Source: a virus
Virus record (IMG/VR): IMGVR_UViG_3300049032_000027
Span: 1-33,315 of that record
Direction: 5' to 3' (one strand)
DNA: 33,315 nt
The notes beneath the pieces are model-generated. The model was not told the DNA's origin and made no database searches. It worked only from the letters and a program-made list of their open reading frames with translations. The position numbers and the translations under genes were made by a program. This document shows positions 8,300 through 17,704 of the stretch, in pieces; positions within the stretch are counted from its first letter, which is position 1; every line of letters begins with the position of its first letter.

Positions 8300-10192
8300 A
8301 TGGATAAAAATAAATTCTGGAAATTCCAAAACTCTGTAGAGAGTAATGGACAAGAGCTTATTTTAGAAGGCCCAATTGCAAGCGAGTCATGGTGGGGAGA
8401 TGAGGTTACGCCTCAAGAGTTCCGAGAAGAACTCAAGAACCACACAAGTGACAAGCTAACCGTCGTACTAAACAGTGGTGGCGGTGACGTATTCGCAGGA
8501 CTCTCTATCTATAACGCTCTAAGAGAATTGGATGCTGAGGTTACCATTCGTGTTGACGGACTAGCCGCCTCGATAGCCTCTATCATTGCTATGGCTGGGG
8601 ATAAAGTGATTATGTCACCTGGAAGCTTGATGATGATTCATCGCCCTTCAGTATTCGCAGCTGGTAATGTAGACGACTTAGATAAAGCCAAAGATTTACT
8701 CCTAAAGATTGAAGAATCGATTACTCCAATCTATACAGAGAAAACCGGCTTGTCTGGTGAGAAGATCGCAGAGATGCTAGAAGCAGAGACATGGATGAGT
8801 GCTGAAGAAGCAGTTGAACTAGGATTCGCTGATGAAGTTATCAAGACTGAAAAAGCAAGCCTGAAGGCAACGATCCAAAATGCCCTTAATGGCAATTTCG
8901 CCTATAGCATGGAAGCAACAAAACAATCACTAGAAAGTTTTGCTGAGAAAGTACTCGAAAGCGAGAAGGAGGTAGAAAGTGTGGTTGAACCTACTGAAAC
9001 CCAAGAACCTGTTTCCACTGAACCCTCAGATGAAGCGGAGCAAACAAAAACCGAAGAACCAACAGAAGAAACTAAAGTAACTAACGAAACAAAGGAAACT
9101 AAAGAGATGGAAGAGACTAAAGCAATTGCTCAGTCACAAGTTATCGAGCCTTCAAACCAGGCTCCAGTTGAAGTAAAACCAACAGTTAAAGACTACCTTA
9201 AGACTACGGCGTCAATGGAAGCATTCGCACGTATTCTTGAGGACAACGCTGGTAAAACTTCAGAAGATGTAAAGAACGCATGGAAAGAACACCTTTCTGT
9301 AAAAATGGGTGTTACTAACCCAGAAGTATTCTTGCCAGAGGCCCTCATCACTGAGATTGAGGATGCCTTCAAGGCAGGTGGTGAAATCTGGAACCGTGTT
9401 ACTAAGACTGGTGCTGATGTGTTCCGTGCAGCATGGGACGCGGAAGACGATGTATCGAGTGAAGATGGTCGTGGACGTGGTTACAACCGTGCCACTGCTG
9501 AAGAGAAGGCTGAGCAGGTGCTTACGTTCGATGAGCGTGTACTTCGACCACAGTTTATTTACAAGTACATTACTCTTAACAAGGAAGATGTTAAGAACCA
9601 ACGGAGCACAGGTGCTCTCGTACGTTACGTATTGAGCGAACTTCCACGACGTATTGTCCGCGAAGTCGAGCGTGCAATCGTTATCGGTGATGGTCGTGCT
9701 CCAGGTAGCGCATACAAGATTACATCTTTCGTTGCTGTTAAGGCAGATGCAACCGCTAACAACGCTTTCGCAACAACTTACACCCCAGTACCAGGTGAAA
9801 CAACCTATGCAACTCTCGTAAAGGCCAAAGACCTTATCGAGGCGGATGGTTCACTCGTACTGATTGCTAAAAAGGGTTACATGAGCGGACTTCTCCTTGA
9901 AGAGAACGCTAACGGTGGATTCCTATTCGCCCCGGGTACTAACCTTGGCGCAGTCCTAGGATTTGAAGCTGTTATCGAACCAGACTGGTTGACTGATGCT
10001 ACAGACCCAGACAACGATGCTTACATCGTATCTCTGAGCAAGTACAAGACAGTTGGTGACAACTCTATCGAAAGCTTTACGAACTTCACCCTTAAGACCA
10101 ACAAGCAAGAATACTTGCAGGAAATTTGGGCTGGTGGTGCTCTTACCGCACGTAAAGCAGCTGTAGCAATCGTCGCGTCGGTAGCGTCTTAA
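8300..10192 (+). CDS. ClpP-like (S14) prohead protease fused through an acidic linker to an HK97-fold major capsid protein
   Basis: N-terminal VLNSGGGDVFAGLSIYNALR...VDGLAASIASIIAMAGDKVIMSPGSLMMIHRPS is ClpP-like. A T/E/P-rich linker follows (aa ~225-270). The C-terminal ~350 aa are capsid-like. Confidence 0.8.
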   Translation: MDKNKFWKFQNSVESNGQELILEGPIASESWWGDEVTPQEFREELKNHTSDKLTVVLNSGGGDVFAGLSIYNALRELDAEVTIRVDGLAASIASIIAMAGDKVIMSPGSLMMIHRPSVFAAGNVDDLDKAKDLLLKIEESITPIYTEKTGLSGEKIAEMLEAETWMSAEEAVELGFADEVIKTEKASLKATIQNALNGNFAYSMEATKQSLESFAEKVLESEKEVESVVEPTETQEPVSTEPSDEAEQTKTEEPTEETKVTNETKETKEMEETKAIAQSQVIEPSNQAPVEVKPTVKDYLKTTASMEAFARILEDNAGKTSEDVKNAWKEHLSVKMGVTNPEVFLPEALITEIEDAFKAGGEIWNRVTKTGADVFRAAWDAEDDVSSEDGRGRGYNRATAEEKAEQVLTFDERVLRPQFIYKYITLNKEDVKNQRSTGALVRYVLSELPRRIVREVERAIVIGDGRAPGSAYKITSFVAVKADATANNAFATTYTPVPGETTYATLVKAKDLIEADGSLVLIAKKGYMSGLLLEENANGGFLFAPGTNLGAVLGFEAVIEPDWLTDATDPDNDAYIVSLSKYKTVGDNSIESFTNFTLKTNKQEYLQEIWAGGALTARKAAVAIVASVAS

Positions 10193-10215
10193 TAAAGGAT
10201 TAATGGGGTCAAACC

Positions 10216-10839
10216 ATGACACAAGAAGATTTAGAAGCGTTACTGGGGCGACCCCTTACCCCTATTGAAGTTGAAAATCTAGACTTATATCTAGAAATTG
10301 CAGAAGAGTCACTTGAAGACTTGCTCTGTACAAACATAACAAAAGAAGATGATGCCACACGGGTATTCGAGCCGCGTGAGAATTACCACACTGTGTGGAC
10401 TGGTGTCTTCAGAAACATTACAAGCGTGAAAGTAGGCGGCGAAACGTTAGAAACAGATGCCTACTATCCCACTCAATTTGATAGTAAGAATGGGAGTTGG
10501 TTCAACTCTATTGTATTCGACTCTTTCCCTAAAGGTGAGGTTGAAGTGACGGCAGATTGGGGATTTGATCCATACCCCGCCGATTTGAAACGACTTCTTG
10601 CACAACTATTTGCTAATACATCAAAAGCTTACACAAACAGTGGAGTAGTAACAGAAAAACAAGTAGAAGACTTCAGGATTAGATTTGCAGAAGACTCTGG
10701 AACTGATGATGAGAACTTCATCGATAGTAATCGTCGAGTAATCAATAAATATTCACTATGTGACGTTCAGACGATTCGCCACGGTGATATAAAGGCTAAC
10801 TGCTACTATGGATATCGACGTATTTTCAGTATTTATTAG
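10216..10839 (+). CDS. Head-tail connector (gp6-like, putative)
   Basis: N-terminal EDLEALLGRPLTPIEVENLDLYLEIAEESLEDLL is typical of gp6-like connectors; position after the capsid gene. Confidence 0.5.
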   Translation: MTQEDLEALLGRPLTPIEVENLDLYLEIAEESLEDLLCTNITKEDDATRVFEPRENYHTVWTGVFRNITSVKVGGETLETDAYYPTQFDSKNGSWFNSIVFDSFPKGEVEVTADWGFDPYPADLKRLLAQLFANTSKAYTNSGVVTEKQVEDFRIRFAEDSGTDDENFIDSNRRVINKYSLCDVQTIRHGDIKANCYYGYRRIFSIY

Positions 10840-11182
10840 CATTCCTTACCAGTTCTTGAAAATAGAGGACACGGTAAGAGGCGATACTATTGTATCTATT
10901 ACGGACGCAACTGGCGTGTTTAAGCTCCGTACAGGCTCTGTGACGACTGCAAATGAAGAGAATAGACAATCTACGCCTACATTGCACATAAGGCCCTCAG
11001 AGAGCTTTATTTTGGCTAATGGCGGTAATTTAGTGGGTCATGGTATCCGTATAGAAGGAAAAGACTATGAAATAGTCGGACAAACTGGTGGAGATAACTT
11101 CCATAATGGAGTTCGTGAACACTATCGAGTGACGTTAGCGGCTAAAGATTTTTCTGATTACGGAGTTGTTGATGCCAGTTAA
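10808..11182 (+). CDS. Head-tail joining protein (hypothetical)
   Basis: Called on position only. Confidence 0.4.
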   Translation: MDIDVFSVFISIPYQFLKIEDTVRGDTIVSITDATGVFKLRTGSVTTANEENRQSTPTLHIRPSESFILANGGNLVGHGIRIEGKDYEIVGQTGGDNFHNGVREHYRVTLAAKDFSDYGVVDAS

Positions 11183-11498
11183 GGCCAATTTTAATAGGAA
11201 ATGGTCGCAACAAGTCCAAGATGGGCTACAACGCGGCCTTGTTGAAGTAACTACTGATATTCACCGTAGGGCGTCCATTCTTGCCCCTCGTGCATCAGGA
11301 GCTTTAGTAAGCAGCGGACGAATACAAAAGTTAGGATTCCTGACCATGCAAGTTATATTTGGTGGTGGAGGAGTAAGGTATGCACGCCGACGTCACTTTG
11401 AGAACAAAAAGAACCCTCAGACACTTCAGTATCTATATAGAGCAGGCGATGCAGTTGTAAGAGGAAATACAGATAAATACTTTAGGGGGGAGATATGA
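11166..11498 (+). CDS. HK97 gp10-like tail-head joining protein
   Basis: RASILAPRASGALVSSGRI resembles the gp10-family motif; position also fits. Confidence 0.5.
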   Translation: MLMPVKANFNRKWSQQVQDGLQRGLVEVTTDIHRRASILAPRASGALVSSGRIQKLGFLTMQVIFGGGGVRYARRRHFENKKNPQTLQYLYRAGDAVVRGNTDKYFRGEI

Positions 11499-11920
11499 TT
11501 TTACTAAGCATACTCAAGCAACTTGAAAATGATGGATTTGGAACGATTGATGCCGATTTGTTTTTAGAAGTTGCCCCACTTGACTCAAACGGTAACGCAA
11601 AAGAAGGTATCTGGATTGTTGCAAGAGGAAACGAAGTGACTCGATTTGATGTTGGAATACAGTCTTTTGATATTTATTCCAGGTATACCGATAAGTTAAA
11701 GGGACACCAGAGGCTAGACAGTATACTGAAGTATTTAAAAGAAGCTTTTGCGGATGTATGTGATTTACCCGCAGTACCACCACATACAACCCAAGAATAT
11801 TTTAACGTCCGTATTATTCCTACAAGTAGCGTGGAAAGCGCTGGAATAGACGAAGATGGAAAAGTTGTTAGAGTTATTTCTGGCGAAGTTTATTATAACG
11901 ATGTCGCCTATAGCAGTTAA
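11495..11920 (+). CDS. Tail terminator/completion-like protein (hypothetical)
   Basis: Position just before the major tail gene. Confidence 0.4.
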   Translation: MILLSILKQLENDGFGTIDADLFLEVAPLDSNGNAKEGIWIVARGNEVTRFDVGIQSFDIYSRYTDKLKGHQRLDSILKYLKEAFADVCDLPAVPPHTTQEYFNVRIIPTSSVESAGIDEDGKVVRVISGEVYYNDVAYSS

Positions 11921-12086
11921 TGCACATACGTTTAGCGTGATTTTTCTTACCACAGTACATACATACGGGTGTTGCCATTCCTAAAGTTCCTCGCCTTTCC
12001 TTCATATACATAGATCGACATAGACCTTTAGCGTAATGTTTTTCATCACAGTAATTACATAGCCTCATATTATTATTGTACGACAT
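11874..12086 (-). CDS. Small double zinc-ribbon protein, antisense to the structural operon
   Basis: Two copies of C-x2-C-x5-6-AKGLC/AKRMC-x2-3-Y (CNYCDEKHYAKGLCRSMY; CMYCGKKNHAKRMCINCY). TATAAT lies about 20 nt upstream on the minus strand. Overlaps the 3' end of 11495-11920 by 47 nt. Confidence 0.55.
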   Translation of the reverse strand: MSYNNNMRLCNYCDEKHYAKGLCRSMYMKERRGTLGMATPVCMYCGKKNHAKRMCINCYRRHRYNKLRQK

Positions 12087-12144
12087 AGGGAATATACGTG
12101 AGTAGAATTATAAGTAGAGATAATAATTAAAGGAGAAATATTAA

Positions 12145-12699
12145 ATGCAATATGAACTCACAGGAAAAGTAGACGTATCCCTTAACGGCGTCACTATTCC
12201 CGCACAATTTATTAGCGATGAGGGAGTTGTAACAACTCTCACGGAAACCGTACGAGAAATTCCGACGATGGCTGGTACAATCCGCCAGTCTACAGGTATT
12301 TACGAAGAGGCGAACGTAGTCTTTAACGTTACACTTCCAAACATGAACTACCTTGGTGTAATCTTTCCAGACCTATATACTGCGTCACAAGATCGCCCAC
12401 TAGTCGCTGGTCGCGTGGCTTTCGGCGGCGATACCTGTGTTGCTCGAACTAACACACCTTTGGTAATCCACTACACTTGTCAATCTAACTCAGATAACGA
12501 CATTTACCTTCCAAACGGTTCTGTTACCGCGTCTATTGAGATTACACAGAATGTATCTGACCCAGTCGTTGTAGCCGTCACAGTACAGGCGCAGCCAGAT
12601 GACGACGGAGTATTCGCTTATGCTGGTACAGGTTCACTCACTGGCCCAACTCTGTGGAACGCAGCTACTGAACAGTACGAACCAGTCGCAAGCAGCTAA
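12145..12699 (+). CDS. Major tail (tube) protein, putative
   Basis: AAAGGAG RBS, position upstream of the chaperones and tape measure, and followed by the strongest terminator in the window. Confidence 0.55.
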   Translation: MQYELTGKVDVSLNGVTIPAQFISDEGVVTTLTETVREIPTMAGTIRQSTGIYEEANVVFNVTLPNMNYLGVIFPDLYTASQDRPLVAGRVAFGGDTCVARTNTPLVIHYTCQSNSDNDIYLPNGSVTASIEITQNVSDPVVVAVTVQAQPDDDGVFAYAGTGSLTGPTLWNAATEQYEPVASS

Positions 12700-12717
12700 A
12701 AATCAAACAAAAATAGA

Positions 12718-12749
12718 ACACCCCCTCAATTACGAGGGGGTGTTTATTG
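12718..12749 (+). terminator. Rho-independent terminator
   Basis: ACACCCCCTC-aattac-GAGGGGGTGT (10-bp perfect stem) followed by TTATT. Confidence 0.85.
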
Positions 12750-12755
12750 TATACT
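12748..12755 (+). promoter_or_regulatory. Extended -10 promoter TGTATACT followed by AGTAATAGAAG
   Basis: Late-type motif immediately after the terminator. Confidence 0.4.
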
Positions 12756-12782
12756 AGTAATAGAAGATAATAGGAGACTTGA

Positions 12783-13148
12783 ATGCCTGAAATTAAAAAA
12801 ATTAACACTCTTAAATACACCACAGAAGGTCAAGTAGAAGTAGATGGAAAACTGTGGACTATCGTATTACCAGGAGCGGGTGATGAGTTAAAGTTATCTA
12901 AAATGCAGCGTCGTGGAAAGTTTCTTGGCGATAAGATTGATAGCGGAAATTACACAGAAGAAGATCTAGATAAATATGATGAAATTGAAGAGTATATGTT
13001 TAACTTCTTCAAAACAATTTTTAAAGATGGAACTGAAGATAATTCAGAAGTAAACGAATGGGTATATAAAACTCCAATGTCAGTTATTATCCAGGCATTT
13101 GAAGATATTAAAAGCCAAGCCGAAGAAAGTGACTTAGCAAGTGACTGA
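12783..13148 (+). CDS. Tail assembly chaperone (putative)
   Basis: Acidic 121-aa protein directly upstream of the tape measure. Confidence 0.5.
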   Translation: MPEIKKINTLKYTTEGQVEVDGKLWTIVLPGAGDELKLSKMQRRGKFLGDKIDSGNYTEEDLDKYDEIEEYMFNFFKTIFKDGTEDNSEVNEWVYKTPMSVIIQAFEDIKSQAEESDLASD

Positions 13149-13509
13149 TGAAGAACGCCAAGCGGCACTAGATAATATCTCAGAAGCAGATTTGGCAAAA
13201 ATACAAGCCAAATCTGGCAAGAAGATTAAAGTCTACGAAGAAGACTTGCTAGAGGCCGAGTTCTTATTAAAGTTTGGATGGGAAGCATACTGGGATATTT
13301 ACCCGCATAAAGACCGATCCAAAGGAATAAATACAAAAGAAATGAACAGACTAGTAACAGCAGCGAGAAAAGTTTCTCTTTCGGATGTGTATTTCAATGC
13401 ACAGTCAGTTTTATTTGGCTCGCTTTCTGCTAAGAGCAATAATCCTGGTTCAACTTTCAAGAAAATAACCTCTCGACTAGTAAAGAGTGCGGAGCCAGAT
13501 CATGGTTAG
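13141..13509 (+). CDS. Second tail chaperone-like protein (putative)
   Basis: Position; GTG start overlapping the upstream stop. Confidence 0.4.
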   Translation: MTDEERQAALDNISEADLAKIQAKSGKKIKVYEEDLLEAEFLLKFGWEAYWDIYPHKDRSKGINTKEMNRLVTAARKVSLSDVYFNAQSVLFGSLSAKSNNPGSTFKKITSRLVKSAEPDHG

Positions 13510-15295
13510 TACTGGTGATATTAAGTTAATTGCAACTATTGATACCTCGAATTATAAACGAGGTGCATCTGAAATTGAGAAAGCCAATAAGGATATTGAT
13601 ACTTCGGCAAATAATGCAGACAAATCATCTGGTAACTTGAACAGTTCAATTAACAAAGCCGCGAGCACGGCCCTAAAAACCGGTGCAGTAGCATTCGCAG
13701 CACTTGCAGCAGCAGTAGGAGCAGCAACAGTTCAGTTTGTAGGTCAGGCAAGTCAACTACAATCCACAAGAGCATCGTTTGAGTCCCTTACTGGTAGTTT
13801 AGATACAGCACGAGGAATTATTAGTGATTTAAATAAATTTTCGCTTGAAACGGCATTCTCGAGTTCAGATATAAACAAATCCGCGCAGACTCTTCTAGGG
13901 TTTGGAGTAAGAGCTGAAGATGTTCTAAATATTATGCGTCAATTAGGTGATGTCGCTGGCGCAACTGGTGGAGACTTGTCTTCTCTTTCACTAGTATCAG
14001 GACAAATATTTGCACAAGGTCGTGTACAAGCTCAGGATTACTACCAAATAATTAACTCTGGAGCGGGTAGCTTGGCAAAATCTTTACGAGAAGTAGTAAA
14101 AGAGCAGACTGGTATTAATGATATAAAAGAAGCTTTCGAGGATGGTGCGGTAACAGCCGATATGTTTGCTACAGCTCTTGACAGGGCAAATGATAAAGGT
14201 GGATTTGCATTTGAGGGAGCTATAAAGCAAAGTAAAACATTTGATGGCCAGGTAAGCAACCTTGTTGAAGGAATCAATAACGTAGGTCTTGCAATAATAG
14301 GAGTCGACCAGACAACTGGGGATATAAAAGTAGGTGGAATATTTGATACTCTTTTAAAAACCGTTTCGGCGATATCTGAATTTCTTAAGAATAATAAAGA
14401 AGCCATTGTTGGATTCTTTAAGGCAGTTCAAGATGTTACAGATAAATATGTGAAGCCATTTGTGCAAGAACTCATTAGAGTATTTGGTGAGATAACTAAA
14501 AATAAACAAGTGATGGAAGGTCTTAAGGTTATAGTTATTGGCCTCGGGATAGCCATAGGAGTGCTTGTAGGATTGTTCGCCCTCGCAGCCGTAGGACTAG
14601 CGGCAATTGTATTTGGAATAGCATGGGTAATAGGTAGGATTGTTCAAATAGTTGAAGACGCGACTATTGCAGTCCAAAATGGTCTCAATAAGATTGTAGG
14701 GTTCTTTTCTACAGCGATATCAACGATACAATCTTTGTGGGCTAATATTGGTACATGGTTCTCCGAGAGGTGGCGAGACATAACGAATGCTTTCTCAAAT
14801 ACTGTTACATTCTTTAGGGATTTGTGGAATAGAGTCGTCAATAGTTTTACAGATGCAGGTAGAAAGATAGGTGAAGCACTTGGGAACGCATTCAAGGGAG
14901 CCGTAAACGGTATTCTAGGTTTCTTAGAGAATAGAATTAATGACATTATTAATACTATCAATAGTGCAATTGATGCCATTGACCGAGTTACGCCTGGAAG
15001 CTTATCACGAGTTAGCCGTGTATCAATCCCACGACTTGCAGAAGGTGGACTTGTAAAAGCTCGACCCGGTGGTATCTTGGCAAATATTGGTGAAGGTGGA
15101 CAAGACGAATTAGTCATTCCACTGGATAAGTTTGAGGCTCTTAAAAAGGGTAACGGTGGGCAGGCGACATACCAGATTAACATTTCTGGAGTATTTGCCA
15201 CATCAAAACAAGAACAACGCCGAGTAGCCGAACAAATAGCAGCACGGCTTGAAGAAATACAGAAGTCCCGTGCATTGAATGGTGGTACAGTATGA
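13487..15295 (+). CDS. Tail tape measure protein
   Basis: 602 aa. Has LGDVAGATGGDLSSLSLVSGQIFAQGRVQAQDYYQIINSGAG (TP901-type TMP core), a hydrophobic central segment and coiled-coil character. Confidence 0.85.
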   Translation: MRSQIMVSTGDIKLIATIDTSNYKRGASEIEKANKDIDTSANNADKSSGNLNSSINKAASTALKTGAVAFAALAAAVGAATVQFVGQASQLQSTRASFESLTGSLDTARGIISDLNKFSLETAFSSSDINKSAQTLLGFGVRAEDVLNIMRQLGDVAGATGGDLSSLSLVSGQIFAQGRVQAQDYYQIINSGAGSLAKSLREVVKEQTGINDIKEAFEDGAVTADMFATALDRANDKGGFAFEGAIKQSKTFDGQVSNLVEGINNVGLAIIGVDQTTGDIKVGGIFDTLLKTVSAISEFLKNNKEAIVGFFKAVQDVTDKYVKPFVQELIRVFGEITKNKQVMEGLKVIVIGLGIAIGVLVGLFALAAVGLAAIVFGIAWVIGRIVQIVEDATIAVQNGLNKIVGFFSTAISTIQSLWANIGTWFSERWRDITNAFSNTVTFFRDLWNRVVNSFTDAGRKIGEALGNAFKGAVNGILGFLENRINDIINTINSAIDAIDRVTPGSLSRVSRVSIPRLAEGGLVKARPGGILANIGEGGQDELVIPLDKFEALKKGNGGQATYQINISGVFATSKQEQRRVAEQIAARLEEIQKSRALNGGTV

Positions 15296-15675
15296 ACATA
15301 GAACTAACAGACGGAACTACAACGGCTACGTTTACCCTCATACGACCTCCCCTCGTTATAGGCACTATAGAAGGCGCTACAGACATCGTAACGCTAGATA
15401 ACAACATGAGTACCTACTTTACCTATAATAAGCGTCAGTGGGCCGTTGAAATGGCTTATATGAGCGAAGCAGAGTTCAATACTCTTAAAGGATTCTACGA
15501 TAGACAGTGGACTTTATTCCAATATCCGCTTTTGTCTATTGATCACTTCTCTGTGGTAAACATTCCAGTTAGGATGTACCTCGATACCCAAAACGTAATA
15601 GATAATTGTGGCACCATTGAGAATGTACAAGTGCGTTTCCGTGAGTCGATACAAATGCCAGACTGGAGTTCGTGA
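15292..15675 (+). CDS. Distal tail protein-like (hypothetical)
   Basis: Position after the tape measure. Confidence 0.4.
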   Translation: MNIELTDGTTTATFTLIRPPLVIGTIEGATDIVTLDNNMSTYFTYNKRQWAVEMAYMSEAEFNTLKGFYDRQWTLFQYPLLSIDHFSVVNIPVRMYLDTQNVIDNCGTIENVQVRFRESIQMPDWSS

Positions 15676-16127
15676 TGAGGCGTATAGCACTGAGTGGCAA
15701 TGCGGGTAAAGGACTATATGCAATAGTTGATGACTTCGATTATGAAATGCTTTCTAAGCATAGTTGGTGTTTAGATGTTGGTGGTGGATATGCTATGTCA
15801 AGAGTGAATTATAAAACAATGAGGATGCACAGGATGATACTGAATCCGCCAAATGGTTTGGTAGTTGACCACATAAACCGAAATAAGCTTGATAATCGTA
15901 GATCAAATCTCCGAATTGCTACTACTAGCCAAAATATGCTCAATGCTAATAGACGTTCCAATAATAAGTCTGGATTCAATGGAGTCACCTATTCAACAAG
16001 AGACAAAAGGTGGGTGGCTCAAGTAAAATTGAACTACAAGAATATCTTACTTGGGTATTTCAAAGATAAAGAAGATGCCATTAATGCTAGAAAAAAGTGG
16101 GATTTAGATTATGCAAATAGTAAGTGA
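15672..16127 (+). CDS. HNH homing endonuclease with AP2-type DNA-binding domain
   Basis: MHRMILNPPNGLVVDHINRNKLDNRRSNLRIATTSQN (HNH_3) followed by GFNGVTYSTRDKRWVAQVKLNYKNILLGYFKDKEDAINA (AP2). Confidence 0.85.
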   Translation: MMRRIALSGNAGKGLYAIVDDFDYEMLSKHSWCLDVGGGYAMSRVNYKTMRMHRMILNPPNGLVVDHINRNKLDNRRSNLRIATTSQNMLNANRRSNNKSGFNGVTYSTRDKRWVAQVKLNYKNILLGYFKDKEDAINARKKWDLDYANSK

Positions 16128-17688
16128 TGCCTTCCATGAAATGGCTCAGAACGAGATTGTCCCAATTGACTGGGATTTTCGTGTATCGTTTGATAAGTCA
16201 TTCGACCCTAACGTAACATTCTTTATTCTCGATGTTTCATTATTGGATGGTCCAGATTTATTGGCTCCATCTGAGGATAATCCTATCATGGAGTGGGATA
16301 AGTATTCTTACAAGTCATACAAAGATAGAGTCATAGACCTTGACTGGGAAAGAGAAATAGACTTCCCTTACTCAGTTCAAAGCGCTATTGCAGACATAAC
16401 GGTAAACAACTTTGATGGATATTTTAGTCCAGAGTCTGGAAGTCCCATAAGTTCGACTGTACTTCCTAAACGACCTATTAGGTTATATGCAGGCTTTCAA
16501 ACAGTAGGAGTAGTACAAGAGTTCGTTGGTTTAACTCAGGGAATGCCCGAACTAGACGACCCAGGAAAAACAGCTACTTTTTCTGCTATGGATTTCTTGA
16601 GTGAAATGTATAATATGTCACTCACTGAAACAATAGCTATGCAAAACGTTCGTACTGATGAAGTGTTAAGCGAGCTATTCCAACAATTTGGATTAAACCC
16701 TTCTCAATATTCGTTAGGATATGCTAGAAACGTAATACCGTTCCTTTTTTGGGAGCGTGGAAAAAGCGCGGGAGAAGCGTTTCGGCAACTTATGCAGGCG
16801 GAAATGGGTAAACTGTGGCTAGATGAACAGGGAATTATCCGATTCGAGGATAGATTATATGGTGTTCAGACACCAGTAATGACGTTTAACGATAATAATA
16901 TTATCTCTATAAGAAACACAGGTGATGATGAAATTATAAATACTGTTCGTATTACCTCCAATATACGAAAAGTCCAATCCTTCCAGCCTATATTCACTAA
17001 TGCTCGTCCTGAGGAAGAAGAGATTCCAATCGATTCAAACAGCTTTATTGTTCCAGCGAGCAGCACAGCATTCTACCCTGATGCCTCTTTAAACGATCCA
17101 TCATTGACAGCTACTACTCCTACTGTAGGGAGGAAGACTGATACGTCCTGGTTCACCGCAGTCAATGCAAACACTGGTGATCCAGTAACTACTAATATAA
17201 ATATTACGTTATCTGAACTACGGACAAACTCATATGTTATGTTATTCAATAACACTAATGCCTTTCCAGTCGCAATAACTCAAGTTGAAGTATGGGGAGA
17301 GCCAGCGAAGATAGTCGATAGTATTAGGTACGAAGCATACGACGAAGATTCTGTAGAGAAATACGGACAAAAAATCTTAGATATTGACAACGACTTTTTT
17401 GGTGATTATTCAAACTGTGACTCGTTTGCAGAATTTGTATTAGATGGATATAAGGAGTTTGCCTCAGTCATTGAGATAGAGGCAAAAGGCGATCCAGCCC
17501 TTCAACTAGGCGATGTGATAACAGTTCAAACTGGATTCTATAATGATGACTACAAAATAACCAAAATTATAACAGGCATGCGGCCTAACGAAATGTCGCA
17601 GACAATAACAGCTCGTAAATATACAGTTAGGAACTGGTTTATTCTTGACCAATCATTATTAAATGGCCCAGATTTGCTAGCTCCTTAA
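16111..17688 (+). CDS. Tail/baseplate protein (hypothetical)
   Basis: Size and position. Carries the near-repeat F(I)LDxSLLxGPDLLAP at aa 37-53 and at the extreme C-terminus. Confidence 0.5.
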   Translation: MQIVSDAFHEMAQNEIVPIDWDFRVSFDKSFDPNVTFFILDVSLLDGPDLLAPSEDNPIMEWDKYSYKSYKDRVIDLDWEREIDFPYSVQSAIADITVNNFDGYFSPESGSPISSTVLPKRPIRLYAGFQTVGVVQEFVGLTQGMPELDDPGKTATFSAMDFLSEMYNMSLTETIAMQNVRTDEVLSELFQQFGLNPSQYSLGYARNVIPFLFWERGKSAGEAFRQLMQAEMGKLWLDEQGIIRFEDRLYGVQTPVMTFNDNNIISIRNTGDDEIINTVRITSNIRKVQSFQPIFTNARPEEEEIPIDSNSFIVPASSTAFYPDASLNDPSLTATTPTVGRKTDTSWFTAVNANTGDPVTTNINITLSELRTNSYVMLFNNTNAFPVAITQVEVWGEPAKIVDSIRYEAYDEDSVEKYGQKILDIDNDFFGDYSNCDSFAEFVLDGYKEFASVIEIEAKGDPALQLGDVITVQTGFYNDDYKITKIITGMRPNEMSQTITARKYTVRNWFILDQSLLNGPDLLAP

Positions 17689-17704
17689 GGGTATAATAAA
17701 AGTA

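Noticed and set aside
13100-13160. Canonical -1 programmed frameshift between the two tail chaperone ORFs (G/GT type).
   Set aside because: The second ORF is in the +1 frame and that frame is open only from 13138, because TAG sits at 13135-13137. No X XXY YYZ slippery heptamer is present in the 11-nt window. I treat them as two coupled ORFs.
485-15407. Many antisense or internal-frame track ORFs inside clear genes. Examples: 485-724, 2174-2560, 3028-3219, 3241-3618, 3743-4147, 3969-4235, 4421-4612, 4625-4879, 5169-5477, 5676-5912, 6183-6449, 7452-7736, 8008-8205, 9260-9601, 9309-9635, 9956-10222, 11514-11789, 11765-11953, 12950-13198, 14041-14406, 14644-15201 and 15177-15407.
   Set aside because: Each lies fully within, or opposite, a longer ORF with recognisable phage motifs and operon-consistent starts. 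None has an RBS or any motif.
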